A stretch of DNA of 64,000 nt from Candidatus Nomurabacteria bacterium GW2011_GWC2_42_20 (GTDB taxonomy: Bacteria; Patescibacteriota; Minisyncoccia; Phycocordibacterales; UBA1550): contig LCDG01000002.1 in the NCBI GenBank assembly GCA_000998425.1, forward strand, positions 35,178 to 99,177, read 5' to 3'. The translations under genes and the position numbers were made by a program. This document shows, one piece after another, positions 8,516 to 17,325 of the stretch. The notes under the pieces were generated by a model. That model was not told where the DNA came from and ran no database searches. It worked only from the letters and a program-made list of their open reading frames with translations. Every line of letters begins with the position of its first letter. Positions within the stretch are counted from its first letter, which is position 1.

Positions 8516-9052
8516 ATGAAAATGAACTTATGGCACGATGTTTCTCTTGGTGAAAACGCTCCTGAGGAAATTAATGTAATAGTTGAGATACCAAAAGGCT
8601 CAAAGAACAAGTACGAGATTGACAAGGAGACAGGCCTCATCGCTCTCGATCGCGCTCTTCACACAGCGCAGGACTACCCTTTTGATTATGGGTTTGTACC
8701 ACAAACACTATGGGACGATGGAGACGCCCTCGATGTGGTGTTGCTCACGACATACCCACTGTACCCCGGTATCCTTGTAAACGCTCGCCCTGTTGCCATT
8801 ATGCATATGACAGACTCTGGTGAAGGCGACGATAAGGTTATTGCCGTGCCTGTAGGTGATCCACGCTGGTCGGATGTAAAAGACCTAGCGGACATCAACA
8901 AGCACACACTCAAGGAAATGGAACATTTCTTCACAACCTATAAAAAGATTCAAAATAAGGTAGTTGAGGTCTCTGGATTTGATGGAGTAAGGGAAGCGCG
9001 CGAAGCTGTTACGAAGAGTATTAATTTGTACAAAAAAGAGTTTAGTAAGTAG
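8516..9052 (+). CDS. ppa: inorganic pyrophosphatase
   Basis: 178 aa with family I PPase motifs (DYPFDYGFVPQT, DGDALDVVLL). Confidence 0.9.
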   Translation: MKMNLWHDVSLGENAPEEINVIVEIPKGSKNKYEIDKETGLIALDRALHTAQDYPFDYGFVPQTLWDDGDALDVVLLTTYPLYPGILVNARPVAIMHMTDSGEGDDKVIAVPVGDPRWSDVKDLADINKHTLKEMEHFFTTYKKIQNKVVEVSGFDGVREAREAVTKSINLYKKEFSK

Positions 9053-9060
9053 GAATAGGT

Positions 9061-9097
9061 AAAGCCCCAACCGTTCGGCCGAACGGTTGGGGCTTTA
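9061..9097. terminator. perfect stem-loop terminator
   Basis: aaagccccaaccgttcggccgaacggttggggcttt. Confidence 0.6.
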
Positions 9098-9215
9098 CCT
9101 ATATACACCTCCTTCTATTGTATAGAGGAACAGCCTCTTATATACTATATAGGCGTATGGGAGAATTGTTTAGATTATTAGTAAGCCATATACTGTGGCA
9201 TTTTAAAATAGAATT

Positions 9216-10172
9216 ATGAATAAAAAGATTAACATCGCGCTTATCGCACTCATGGCATTCAGCGCGGGAGCAGTAAGCGCAGAAACAAATAGTGATGCCG
9301 TTGTCTGTACAGCAGACGCAAAAGTATGCCCTGATGGGACATCCGTTGGTAGAACAGGTCCAAACTGTGAATTTGTTTGCGGTTGGACAACAGCAGGTAC
9401 AATAACCAGCAACATTCCAACATTCACCGCAGAGGATAAAATGCGTGGGTGGTACTACGGTGACAAGAATCAAAGGAAGCCAGGCACCCCAGAAAATTGG
9501 CTAGTTCGCAACGCAGGAACACGAAGCGCACAGTGGTATTATCCGGGATTTACATCAACAAAACCAATTGATACTACCAATTTGCCACAAAAGCCAGCGA
9601 TTGGAGTTCCTCCAATCCCCCGCCCAGAAATCCGTAAGGATGGCATAAATAATCGCGAAGAAATGGAGTCGCGCGCAAAAGCTCTCCGTGCTTCAACAAC
9701 AGCTGCTAACCAAAAAATAAAGGACGTGGCGCAGAAAAAGCGTATTGAAGTAGCGCGCAAGCAAACTGAGATTGTAAACAAGCGTTTGGAAGCAGCAATA
9801 GATCGTGTACAAAAACTTTCTGACCGTGTTTCAGAAAAGCTAAATAGCCTCGAAAAAGAAGGCGTTGATGTAAGTGTTTCACGTTCGCATATCGCAGATG
9901 CAAAAACGAAACTTGATGAAGCTCGCATAAAAGCAGCTACCTTAAAACTCACAATTGAAACAGCATTCGCAAATGTAATAGCAAATGTATCGTCAACCAC
10001 AACACTAGGCACCGCACCCAAAAATGCTATGAAGGATGTTCAGGAAGCCGTAAAAGAAGTTGCGAAGGTAATTCAAGAAGCTCACAAGCATGTTGCTCTC
10101 TCTATTTCAACAGTAAAGCCTGGCCAGAACAAGCCTCGCCCAGCAGCCACAAGCGCAACAACTACTCAGTAG
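9216..10172 (+). CDS. secreted protein with signal peptide, Cys-rich N-terminal region and coiled-coil C-terminus
   Basis: MNKKINIALIALMAFSAGAVSAE signal peptide. Function unknown. Confidence 0.5.
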   Translation: MNKKINIALIALMAFSAGAVSAETNSDAVVCTADAKVCPDGTSVGRTGPNCEFVCGWTTAGTITSNIPTFTAEDKMRGWYYGDKNQRKPGTPENWLVRNAGTRSAQWYYPGFTSTKPIDTTNLPQKPAIGVPPIPRPEIRKDGINNREEMESRAKALRASTTAANQKIKDVAQKKRIEVARKQTEIVNKRLEAAIDRVQKLSDRVSEKLNSLEKEGVDVSVSRSHIADAKTKLDEARIKAATLKLTIETAFANVIANVSSTTTLGTAPKNAMKDVQEAVKEVAKVIQEAHKHVALSISTVKPGQNKPRPAATSATTTQ

Positions 10173-10202
10173 GAATTATTAGCTGAACTAATAAACACAA
10201 AT

Positions 10203-10496
10203 ATGGACCAGAATACTAACAATGGTGCGCAAATGCCAGAAAAAAAATCTACTGGCGTAGTCATAAGTATAATTATCATTGTACTTGTTCTTGCATACGG
10301 CGCATTCTATTTCTCAAAGCAAGTTCCTTTGCCGACAGAAAAGGAGGTCTTAGCTCCGTCAGAAATACAAGTAGACCAAACAATATCCTCCCTATCTAAA
10401 CAAGGTACATCTACAGACCTTGCAGACATTCAGAGAGATCTCGAGGCAACAGATTTCTCAGGGCTTGATGCTGGGCTAAGCGACATCGCAATCTAA
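10203..10496 (+). CDS. small single-pass membrane protein, hypothetical
   Basis: One TM helix (VVISIIIIVLVLAYGAFYF), followed by a terminator. Confidence 0.4.
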   Translation: MDQNTNNGAQMPEKKSTGVVISIIIIVLVLAYGAFYFSKQVPLPTEKEVLAPSEIQVDQTISSLSKQGTSTDLADIQRDLEATDFSGLDAGLSDIAI

Positions 10497-10513
10497 CAAT
10501 CTCTCCTCTCCTA

Positions 10514-10546
10514 AAGGGCGACGACCAAATGGTCGTCGCCCTTTTT
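10514..10546 (+). terminator. rho-independent terminator
   Basis: agggcgacgaccaaatggtcgtcgcccttttt. Confidence 0.65.
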
Positions 10547-10584
10547 GTTGCAGAAACCAAGTAAACATAGTATCCTAAGCGCCT

Positions 10585-11601
10585 ATGACTGACATTAAAA
10601 CAACATTAAAAGAATTACCAGATAGCCTTGTAGAAATTACATGCGAAATTTCTGCTGAGTCGTTCGAAAAGGAGCGCCCAATTGCTTTGAAAAAGGTTGG
10701 TGAGGAGATTTCTTTGCCAGGGTTCCGCAAAGGGCACGTGCCTGAATCAATGATCGCCCAGAAATTTGGTGAGGCTTTCATTCTTGAAGAGATGGCAAAC
10801 CTTGCTATGGATAGAGCGTACAGCGAGATTTTAGGTCGCCACAAAATTCACGCAATAGCTATGCCTACAGTACAGGTAAAAAAACTTGCAAAAGGTAATC
10901 CTTTTGAATTCACTCTTACATTTCAGGTAATGCCGGAAATAAAACTCCCTGATTATAAAGCGATTGCAAAAGAAATAATGGCTGTTGAGGAAACAACTGT
11001 TGTCGAAGACAGTGAAGTTGAGCAAGCATTGAACGAGCTCCGCAAACAGTTTGCAACCAAGAATGATGCAGGAGATGAGGTACTTCCAGAAGTTACAGAT
11101 GAGCTTGCGCAAAAGTTTGGACCATTCGCAAATGTAGATGAGTTTAAGGCAAAAATTCACGAATCAATAGCGCACGAAAAGACGACTCGCGCGCGCGAAA
11201 AGAAACGTATGCAAGTAATGGAGAAAATTGCTGATGGGATTACCGCAAAACTTCCTCAGGTGCTCATTGAGGGCGAGCTTGAGAGAATGATTGGCCAATT
11301 CAAACATGATGTAGAACAAATGGGGATGAAGTTTGAAGACTACCTAGCAACAACAAAAAAGACTATTGAGGAAATGCGCAAGGAATGGACTGCTGACGCG
11401 GAGAAACGCGCCAAGGTACAAATTGCTCTAAACGAAATCTCTCTTCTAGAAAAAATCGAGGTTCTCAAAGATGACTTGGAGCGTGAATCAAAATTCTTTA
11501 TGGACAAATACAAGGACGCCGACCCAGGCCGTGTACGTATGCATCTAGAAATGATGCTCGCGAATGAGAAAGTCTTCCAGTTCCTAGAGTCACAAAAGTA
11601 G
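10585..11601 (+). CDS. tig: trigger factor, short form (N-terminal ribosome-binding and C-terminal chaperone domains; PPIase domain apparently absent)
   Basis: GFRKGHVP signature motif. 338 aa, compared with ~430 aa for canonical trigger factor. Confidence 0.75.
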   Translation: MTDIKTTLKELPDSLVEITCEISAESFEKERPIALKKVGEEISLPGFRKGHVPESMIAQKFGEAFILEEMANLAMDRAYSEILGRHKIHAIAMPTVQVKKLAKGNPFEFTLTFQVMPEIKLPDYKAIAKEIMAVEETTVVEDSEVEQALNELRKQFATKNDAGDEVLPEVTDELAQKFGPFANVDEFKAKIHESIAHEKTTRAREKKRMQVMEKIADGITAKLPQVLIEGELERMIGQFKHDVEQMGMKFEDYLATTKKTIEEMRKEWTADAEKRAKVQIALNEISLLEKIEVLKDDLERESKFFMDKYKDADPGRVRMHLEMMLANEKVFQFLESQK

Positions 11602-11605
11602 CCAA

Positions 11606-11638
11606 CAAAAACCCTAAATTTGGTGATTTAGGGTTTTT
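11606..11638 (+). terminator. rho-independent terminator
   Basis: aaaaaccctaaatttggtgatttagggttttt. Confidence 0.65.
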
Positions 11639-11708
11639 GTTGGCTTGCATTTTTTCTAAAAGTATGGTATAAGTATGGTTGTTCCAACAATTATAGGAGT
11701 TCTTTATT

Positions 11709-11891
11709 ATGAAGGCCAAAATTAATGATTTCCCAATCCTTATATCAGAAGAGGACATCCCAGATGAAGTTACCTGCGAAGAAGCAGCTGAGCGAAAGCG
11801 TCAGATTCTGCAATTTGGACGCGATTTCAAGCAGACGCTAGGCCGAGCAGTCGTCGACGCAAACCCAAGTATTTTCGACAAAGTGCACTAA
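11709..11891 (+). CDS. hypothetical small protein
   Basis: 60-aa ORF followed by hairpin aagccgaccagttcttggtcggcttttt (11913..11942). Confidence 0.3.
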   Translation: MKAKINDFPILISEEDIPDEVTCEEAAERKRQILQFGRDFKQTLGRAVVDANPSIFDKVH

Positions 11892-11964
11892 AAAGCGTCT
11901 ATCCGATGACACAAAAGCCGACCAGTTCTTGGTCGGCTTTTTACTTTTGAGTAGCAAGATTTAC

Positions 11965-12486
11965 TTATCGACTCCCTTGGGCGTGTTTCAACGCATCTTC
12001 TGGAGTCTCCCCAGATGCGATAACATTCTCTGTTTTATCAACAGCGACATACACATCTTTCACTCCATTCTTTGCTGAAGCCCTCTCTTTTATCCATTCG
12101 CTAAAAGGCACGTTGCTCTCGCGCACCATATTAATCTCAGCATCAGTCAAACGATACCCATTGCGCACATAGTAAACAGATTGAATAGCCTCGTCCGACA
12201 TCGCCTTAAGCTGTTCGTCGCCGATTTTTCCTATATGCTCCATACGATCCACATACGCCCCTAAAATGATAGACTTTGTGGAAACAGGCGTGTCAGCATT
12301 TGCTGCCAAATATGCTGCGCGATTTCTCACAGCGTCAAAGTCCTCTGGGGTTATAATGTCGCCCTCATTTACAACGTTTCCTGAAGCTAGCATGTCACGG
12401 ATTTCTGCATTTCCTAATTCGTTAACTTCCTCAATAGCAGGATTTTCTTGAGTATTATTCGCACCAAAATTTTCTAATCTGTTCAT
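11965..12486 (-). CDS. hypothetical protein
   Basis: 173-aa ORF, acidic, no recognised motif. Confidence 0.4.
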   Translation of the reverse strand: MNRLENFGANNTQENPAIEEVNELGNAEIRDMLASGNVVNEGDIITPEDFDAVRNRAAYLAANADTPVSTKSIILGAYVDRMEHIGKIGDEQLKAMSDEAIQSVYYVRNGYRLTDAEINMVRESNVPFSEWIKERASAKNGVKDVYVAVDKTENVIASGETPEDALKHAQGSR

Positions 12487-12521
12487 ATGCTCATTATATA
12501 CAAAAAATACTTAAAATAAAA

Positions 12522-13208
12522 TTAAATGATTGCTAACGCAAGTGCGACAATGGCGGCCGTTTCTGCGCGGAGGATTTGAGTGCCGGTTGTGACAATTGGG
12601 ATGTTCCTCGAGTGAAACGATTCAATCTCGGCATCAGTGAAACCTCCTTCGGGGCCGATGAGGAGTGAGACGGGAGCAGTAGTGTGCTCTGTGAAATACT
12701 CCCGCGCAGAAATTTGTCCGCGTGGGTCAAACACAACAACTCCGTCTGGGATTTTTTCAACAGAAATAATCTCGCTTATTGCTGGCACTGTTGCGCGCCC
12801 AGACTGCTCCGATGCTTCACGCAAAATCTTTTGCGCGCGTTCATAGTTCACACCCTTTTTCTCGCTACGGGCCGCTTGTACAGGGACAATACGTGATACA
12901 CCAAGCTCTGTTGCCTTTTCTAATACCATTTCAAAATTTTCTTTCTTAATGAGCGCAATGTAGAGCGTCATCTCGCGCGCAGGTACGAGACCTTTATTTG
13001 TTTCAAGCACTTTGAGTAACGCATTCTTTTTTGACAGTGAAACAAATTCACAGAGTGATTCGCTCCCATCACCATTAAAAAGAATAGCGCTGCTTCCCTC
13101 TTCCATACGCAAAACATTCCGCCATTGGTTGAGTAACGTTTCATTCGTAACAGAAAACTCACCACTTGCAGGAATTTTATTTTCAACAAAAAATCTATGT
13201 AATCGCAT
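12522..13208 (-). CDS. rsmE: 16S rRNA (uracil1498-N3)-methyltransferase RsmE
   Basis: C-terminal LLIGPEGGFTDAEIE motif. Start chosen at MRLHRFFV; the ORF track extends to 13253. Confidence 0.75.
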   Translation of the reverse strand: MRLHRFFVENKIPASGEFSVTNETLLNQWRNVLRMEEGSSAILFNGDGSESLCEFVSLSKKNALLKVLETNKGLVPAREMTLYIALIKKENFEMVLEKATELGVSRIVPVQAARSEKKGVNYERAQKILREASEQSGRATVPAISEIISVEKIPDGVVVFDPRGQISAREYFTEHTTAPVSLLIGPEGGFTDAEIESFHSRNIPIVTTGTQILRAETAAIVALALAII

Positions 13209-13280
13209 ATTTACAGTATGCACAAACATCCTGGATGGTGCAAACCTTGCCACTAAACAAAATTATGCTAGTATGACCTT

Positions 13281-13877
13281 ATGTCATATTTAATTCCAAC
13301 TGTTATTGAAAAGTCATCGTCTGGCGAGCGCGCCTACGATATTTATTCACGCCTTCTAAAGGAGCGTATTATTTTCCTTTCTGGGGCAATCGATGACGAT
13401 ACGGCAAATATCACCATCGCTCAACTTCTTTTTCTTGAATCTGAGGATCCAAAGAAGGATATTTATTTGTACATTAACTCCCCTGGCGGATCGGTTTCAG
13501 CGGGAATGGCGCTTTACGACACCATGCAACACGTTAAGCCAGATGTTTCCACTATTTGTGTTGGAATGGCAGCATCGATGGGGGCGGTGCTTCTCTCTGC
13601 TGGTGCAAAGGGAAAGCGCTTCATTCTCCCAAACGCAGAGGTTATGATTCACCAGCCACTTGGCGGTACCGAGGGACAAGCGTCAGATATTGCCATCACC
13701 GCAAAACACATTTTGAAAATTAAGGAGAATCTAAACAAAATTCTCTCAAAAAATACTGGCAAGCCGCTCACACAAGTAGAAAAAGACACGGATCGTGACT
13801 TTTTTATGTCAGCAGATGAAGCAAAAAAGTATGGATTAGTAGACGAGATTTACAAACCAAAGAATCCTCGAGCATAA
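13281..13877 (+). CDS. clpP: ATP-dependent Clp protease proteolytic subunit
   Basis: [18 protein letters not shown]...[19 protein letters not shown] is the canonical ClpP sequence. Confidence 0.9.
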   Translation: MSYLIPTVIEKSSSGERAYDIYSRLLKERIIFLSGAIDDDTANITIAQLLFLESEDPKKDIYLYINSPGGSVSAGMALYDTMQHVKPDVSTICVGMAASMGAVLLSAGAKGKRFILPNAEVMIHQPLGGTEGQASDIAITAKHILKIKENLNKILSKNTGKPLTQVEKDTDRDFFMSADEAKKYGLVDEIYKPKNPRA

Positions 13878-13887
13878 CAAAACAAAA

Positions 13888-13928
13888 ATCACCCAGCCTA
13901 ACTATTAGGCTGGGTGATTTTTGTTTTG
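13888..13928 (+). terminator. rho-independent terminator
   Basis: aaaatcacccagcctaactattaggctgggtgattttt. Confidence 0.65.
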
Positions 13929-14149
13929 TTATGCTTGTGCTGAAGGTTAAAAGTGTAAATTTGAAAGGTAGCCTAGAAACCAGACGGTTTCTAGGCCTTA
14001 ACCTTACAGACCATCGGCTTTATGGACTTTTGACTTGTTTAAGAGTATTCTAAAAGTGTTCTTACTTTAAATTTAAATTGACACATTTTATTGGCATTAG
14101 TATCCGACGATACGAAGGAAACACCTAAGGTTTCCAAGGATTTTCGGAC

Positions 14150-15688
14150 TTGCATATGGATATTAACATTGCACTCACGCTTGGTGGCGTGATGGCAATC
14201 CTAGTCGGTGCGGCACTCGGCTACCTCTTGCGCTGGTTCGTTGCAGTTTCAAAGCGTGGTTCTGTCGAGCTCGAAGTAAAACAGGTGCTTCTGTCTGCAA
14301 AAGAAGAAGCGCAAAAAATCATTGAGGAGGCCGACAGGAGAGCCGAAGTATATGGGAGAGAGCTCCATGAGGAAGAGCGAGAGCAAAATGAGCGATTCAA
14401 AAAGCTTGAGGAACGATTGCTCAAAAAGGAGGAATTCTTGGACAAAAGACAAGCAGATATAGATGATGAAATTTCCCACATAAAGGAAAAGGCTGACGAA
14501 CTGAAAATTATTCGCGATAAAACAATCAAAGAAAACGAGTTGGCGCAACGCGAACTTGAACGCGTAGCACACCTTGGAGAGGAGTCTGCTAAGGAGGAGC
14601 TTCTGAAACGTGTAGAAAAGCGATACGAGGAGGATATCCTGAATAGGATTAAAAAGCTTGAAGCTGATGGTGAAGACAGACTAGCGCGCACAGCGCGAGA
14701 TATTCTTGCTACTTCTATCCAGCGACTCGCAACGTCAACTGCCTCAGAAATGATGGTGACCTCTGTACAAATCGCTTCAGACGAAATAAAAGGAAAGATA
14801 ATCGGAAAGGAGGGCAGAAATATACGTGCTTTTGAACGTGCAGCTGGGGTTGAAGTCATTATCGATGACACCCCTGGATCAATTGTTATTTCGTCTTTTG
14901 ACCCAATTCGTCGACAAATCGCGCGCGTGGCGCTAGAAGCATTAATAGAGGACGGCAGGATACAGCCTGCAAAAATAGAGGAAGCTGTGGAAAAGGCGCG
15001 TGAAGAAGTGAACAAAATTACAAAAGAAAAGGGGGAGCAAGCTGCGTATGAGTGTGGTGTGTTCAACCTTGACCCGCGAATTATTGCAATTCTTGGGCGT
15101 TTACATTTCCGTACAAGCTACGGCCAGAATGTCCTGCAACACTCCGTAGAAATGGCGCATATTGCTGGAATGATAGCAGAAGAGATTGGCGCAAATGTTG
15201 CTATTGCAAAAGCTGGCGCACTCCTCCACGATTTAGGAAAGGCGATAGACCATGAGGTTGAAGGCACACACGTAGAAATAGGCCGCAAGATTATGCAAAA
15301 ATTTGACGTCGACAAGCGTATCATTCAGGCCATGCAATCACACCATGAAGAATATCCTTATGAAACACTTGAATCCATCATAGTGCAAACGGCAGACGCA
15401 ATTTCCGGAGGTAGACCAGGTGCGCGTAGAGATTCAGCAGAAAACTACCTAAAGCGTCTTGAAGACCTGGAAGGCATAGCAAAATCCTTCCAGGCGGTCG
15501 AAAAAACATACGCAATACAAGCAGGAAGAGAGCTTCGTGTGTTTGTGAAACCAGAAAAAATCACCGACCTTGAATCAAAATCACTTGCGCGGGACATAGC
15601 TATCCGCATTGAAAAGGAGCTTAAATATCCGGGTGAAATCAAGGTTGCTGTCATTCGAGAATCACGAGCAATCGAGTACGCAAGGTAG
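14150..15688 (+). CDS. rny: ribonuclease Y
   Basis: N-terminal TM helix, long coiled coil, KH domain (IGKEGRNIRAFE), and HD domain (LLHDLGK...). Confidence 0.9.
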   Translation: MHMDINIALTLGGVMAILVGAALGYLLRWFVAVSKRGSVELEVKQVLLSAKEEAQKIIEEADRRAEVYGRELHEEEREQNERFKKLEERLLKKEEFLDKRQADIDDEISHIKEKADELKIIRDKTIKENELAQRELERVAHLGEESAKEELLKRVEKRYEEDILNRIKKLEADGEDRLARTARDILATSIQRLATSTASEMMVTSVQIASDEIKGKIIGKEGRNIRAFERAAGVEVIIDDTPGSIVISSFDPIRRQIARVALEALIEDGRIQPAKIEEAVEKAREEVNKITKEKGEQAAYECGVFNLDPRIIAILGRLHFRTSYGQNVLQHSVEMAHIAGMIAEEIGANVAIAKAGALLHDLGKAIDHEVEGTHVEIGRKIMQKFDVDKRIIQAMQSHHEEYPYETLESIIVQTADAISGGRPGARRDSAENYLKRLEDLEGIAKSFQAVEKTYAIQAGRELRVFVKPEKITDLESKSLARDIAIRIEKELKYPGEIKVAVIRESRAIEYAR

Positions 15689-15927
15689 CGATTTGTGCAG
15701 AAATTAAGCAACATGCTTCGAATTCTAGCAATATTCCGAACTATCCTTGTATCTATTGCGTAAAAAAACCTAGGGGGGTATACTATTTAGTAAGGAGGTC
15801 TGACCCGCACCGTGTGGGGAAACTCCCCTTTCGCTATGTAATACGTAACGTGGCAAAAGGTTAGTTGCGGGTGAGAAACTCGTTTTAGTATTAAAAGAAT
15901 TAACAGAAAGCGCTAATAAAAAACATT

Positions 15928-16203
15928 ATGAACAAAGCAGCTATCGCTGAAATTATTCACGAAAGGATGGGTGGAACAAAGGTATCAGCAGAGCAAACAC
16001 TTGATGCAATCCTCGAGGCTATGGTAAGTACTCTAAAGAGCGGTGATGAAGTATCAATTGCAGGCCTCGGCATCTTTTCAGTAAAACCTCGCGCAGCTCG
16101 CACAGCTCGCAACCCAAAGACTGGTGAGTCTATCCAGGTAAAGGCAACAAAAGTTCCAAAGTTCCGCGCAGCAAAGGCGCTCAAGGATGCAGTAGCAAAA
16201 TAA
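15928..16203 (+). CDS. hup: DNA-binding protein HU
   Basis: 91 aa. GLGIFSVKPRAARTARNPKTGE is the HU beta-arm signature. Confidence 0.9.
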   Translation: MNKAAIAEIIHERMGGTKVSAEQTLDAILEAMVSTLKSGDEVSIAGLGIFSVKPRAARTARNPKTGESIQVKATKVPKFRAAKALKDAVAK

Positions 16204-16223
16204 GCTATTTGATCTTTCAAATA

Positions 16224-16266
16224 AAAACCACCCAGCCACTCTAGAGTGGCTGGGTGGGTTTTATTT
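16224..16266. terminator. stem-loop terminator
   Basis: aaaaaccacccagccactctagagtggctgggtgggtttt. Confidence 0.65.
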
Positions 16267-16273
16267 GAAAGAG

Positions 16274-16344
16274 TGCGGGATGGGAGAATCGAACTCCCGA
16301 TTTCAGTTTGGAAAACTGAAGTTATACCATTTAACTAATCCCGC
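16274..16344 (-). tRNA. tRNA-Trp (anticodon CCA)
   Basis: Cloverleaf folded by hand: acceptor stem GCGGGAT/ATCCCGC, T-arm GGGAGTTCGATTCTCCC, anticodon loop tTCCAaa. No 3' CCA encoded. Confidence 0.8.
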
Positions 16345-16407
16345 GATTAGAATGACAATAACAAAAAAAGCTTATTTTAGCAATTACTAAATAAATTATT
16401 GTGGTGT

Positions 16408-17301
16408 TTACCCAATAAGAGTGCGAACCTTTGTCACAATCTCATCAAGTGTGAAGTTCGCCTTCACCATAAAATCTTTTGCGCCAAGATTCATCGCTCT
16501 TTCTAGATCCTCTTTTTGACCGAGGTTGCTTAGCATAACAACAGGAACATCTATTAGCTTTGGGTCCTCCTTGATTCGTCGAAGAATCTCGAATCCATCA
16601 ACCCCTGGTAAAATAATGTCGCATAAAATTATTTTTGGTTTGCGTTCTGCTAAAATAATGAATGCGGCCTCAGCATCAATTGCATTTTTAACATCAAACC
16701 CTTCCGCAGAAAGCTTTCTTACCAATAATTCACGGAGGAACTTGTCGTCTTCAATAACTAGGATAAAGATCTTCTCCTCTGCTATAGTGGCTGTGGAAAC
16801 ACTTGTTGCAGCCTGCACTACTGGTGCATTTTCTACCACAGGATGCTCTACTGCTCCAGATACAGTTACATTTTGCGTACGGACACCCCATTCACCCTGT
16901 GGAGCCATTGCACTCCCTGCAAGCACCTTTCTTACTTTTTCAAGTACCTCATTTGGGTCAAACACCGCCTTTATTAAAAACTCTTTTGCGCCAAGCTCTT
17001 GTGCGCGCTTTATTTCTACTGGTTGACCAGAATTTGAAATGATAATAATTGGAAGACCACGAAGACTATCATCAGCATGTATCTCCTCCATTACCTCAAT
17101 ACCACTCTTTCGTGGCATTAAAATATCCAAAAGAATACAGTCTGGCCTAACTGCGCGAATTCTTTCCATTGCAATAACCCCATCCTGCGCTATGTCCACG
17201 ACATACCCGCTCCTTTGAAGTTTTTCGGCAAGCACATCACGAAGAACAGTGTCGTCCTCCACAATGATAATTCTCTTTTTTTCGTCCATAGTTGTTTCCA
17301 T
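16408..17301 (-). CDS. response regulator with two tandem receiver (REC) domains and no output domain
   Basis: Two copies of the D-D...D...K receiver pattern (IIIVEDD...LLDILMP; ILVIEDD...ILCDIILP). Confidence 0.8.
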   Translation of the reverse strand: METTMDEKKRIIIVEDDTVLRDVLAEKLQRSGYVVDIAQDGVIAMERIRAVRPDCILLDILMPRKSGIEVMEEIHADDSLRGLPIIIISNSGQPVEIKRAQELGAKEFLIKAVFDPNEVLEKVRKVLAGSAMAPQGEWGVRTQNVTVSGAVEHPVVENAPVVQAATSVSTATIAEEKIFILVIEDDKFLRELLVRKLSAEGFDVKNAIDAEAAFIILAERKPKIILCDIILPGVDGFEILRRIKEDPKLIDVPVVMLSNLGQKEDLERAMNLGAKDFMVKANFTLDEIVTKVRTLIG

Positions 17302-17325
17302 TATATTACAATGCTCGCAATTTTA

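Noticed and set aside
14221-15066. 281-aa minus-strand ORF (Ser-rich, low complexity) antisense inside rny, and similar antisense ORFs inside the 985-aa gene (36446..36988, 37013..37531), the VirB4 ATPase (51485..52207), VirB6-like gene (47467..47958) and the response regulator (16526..17026)
   Set aside because: They lie entirely within strongly supported genes on the opposite strand. They have low-complexity composition typical of antisense frames of coiled-coil or GC-skewed coding sequence, and no RBS or motifs.
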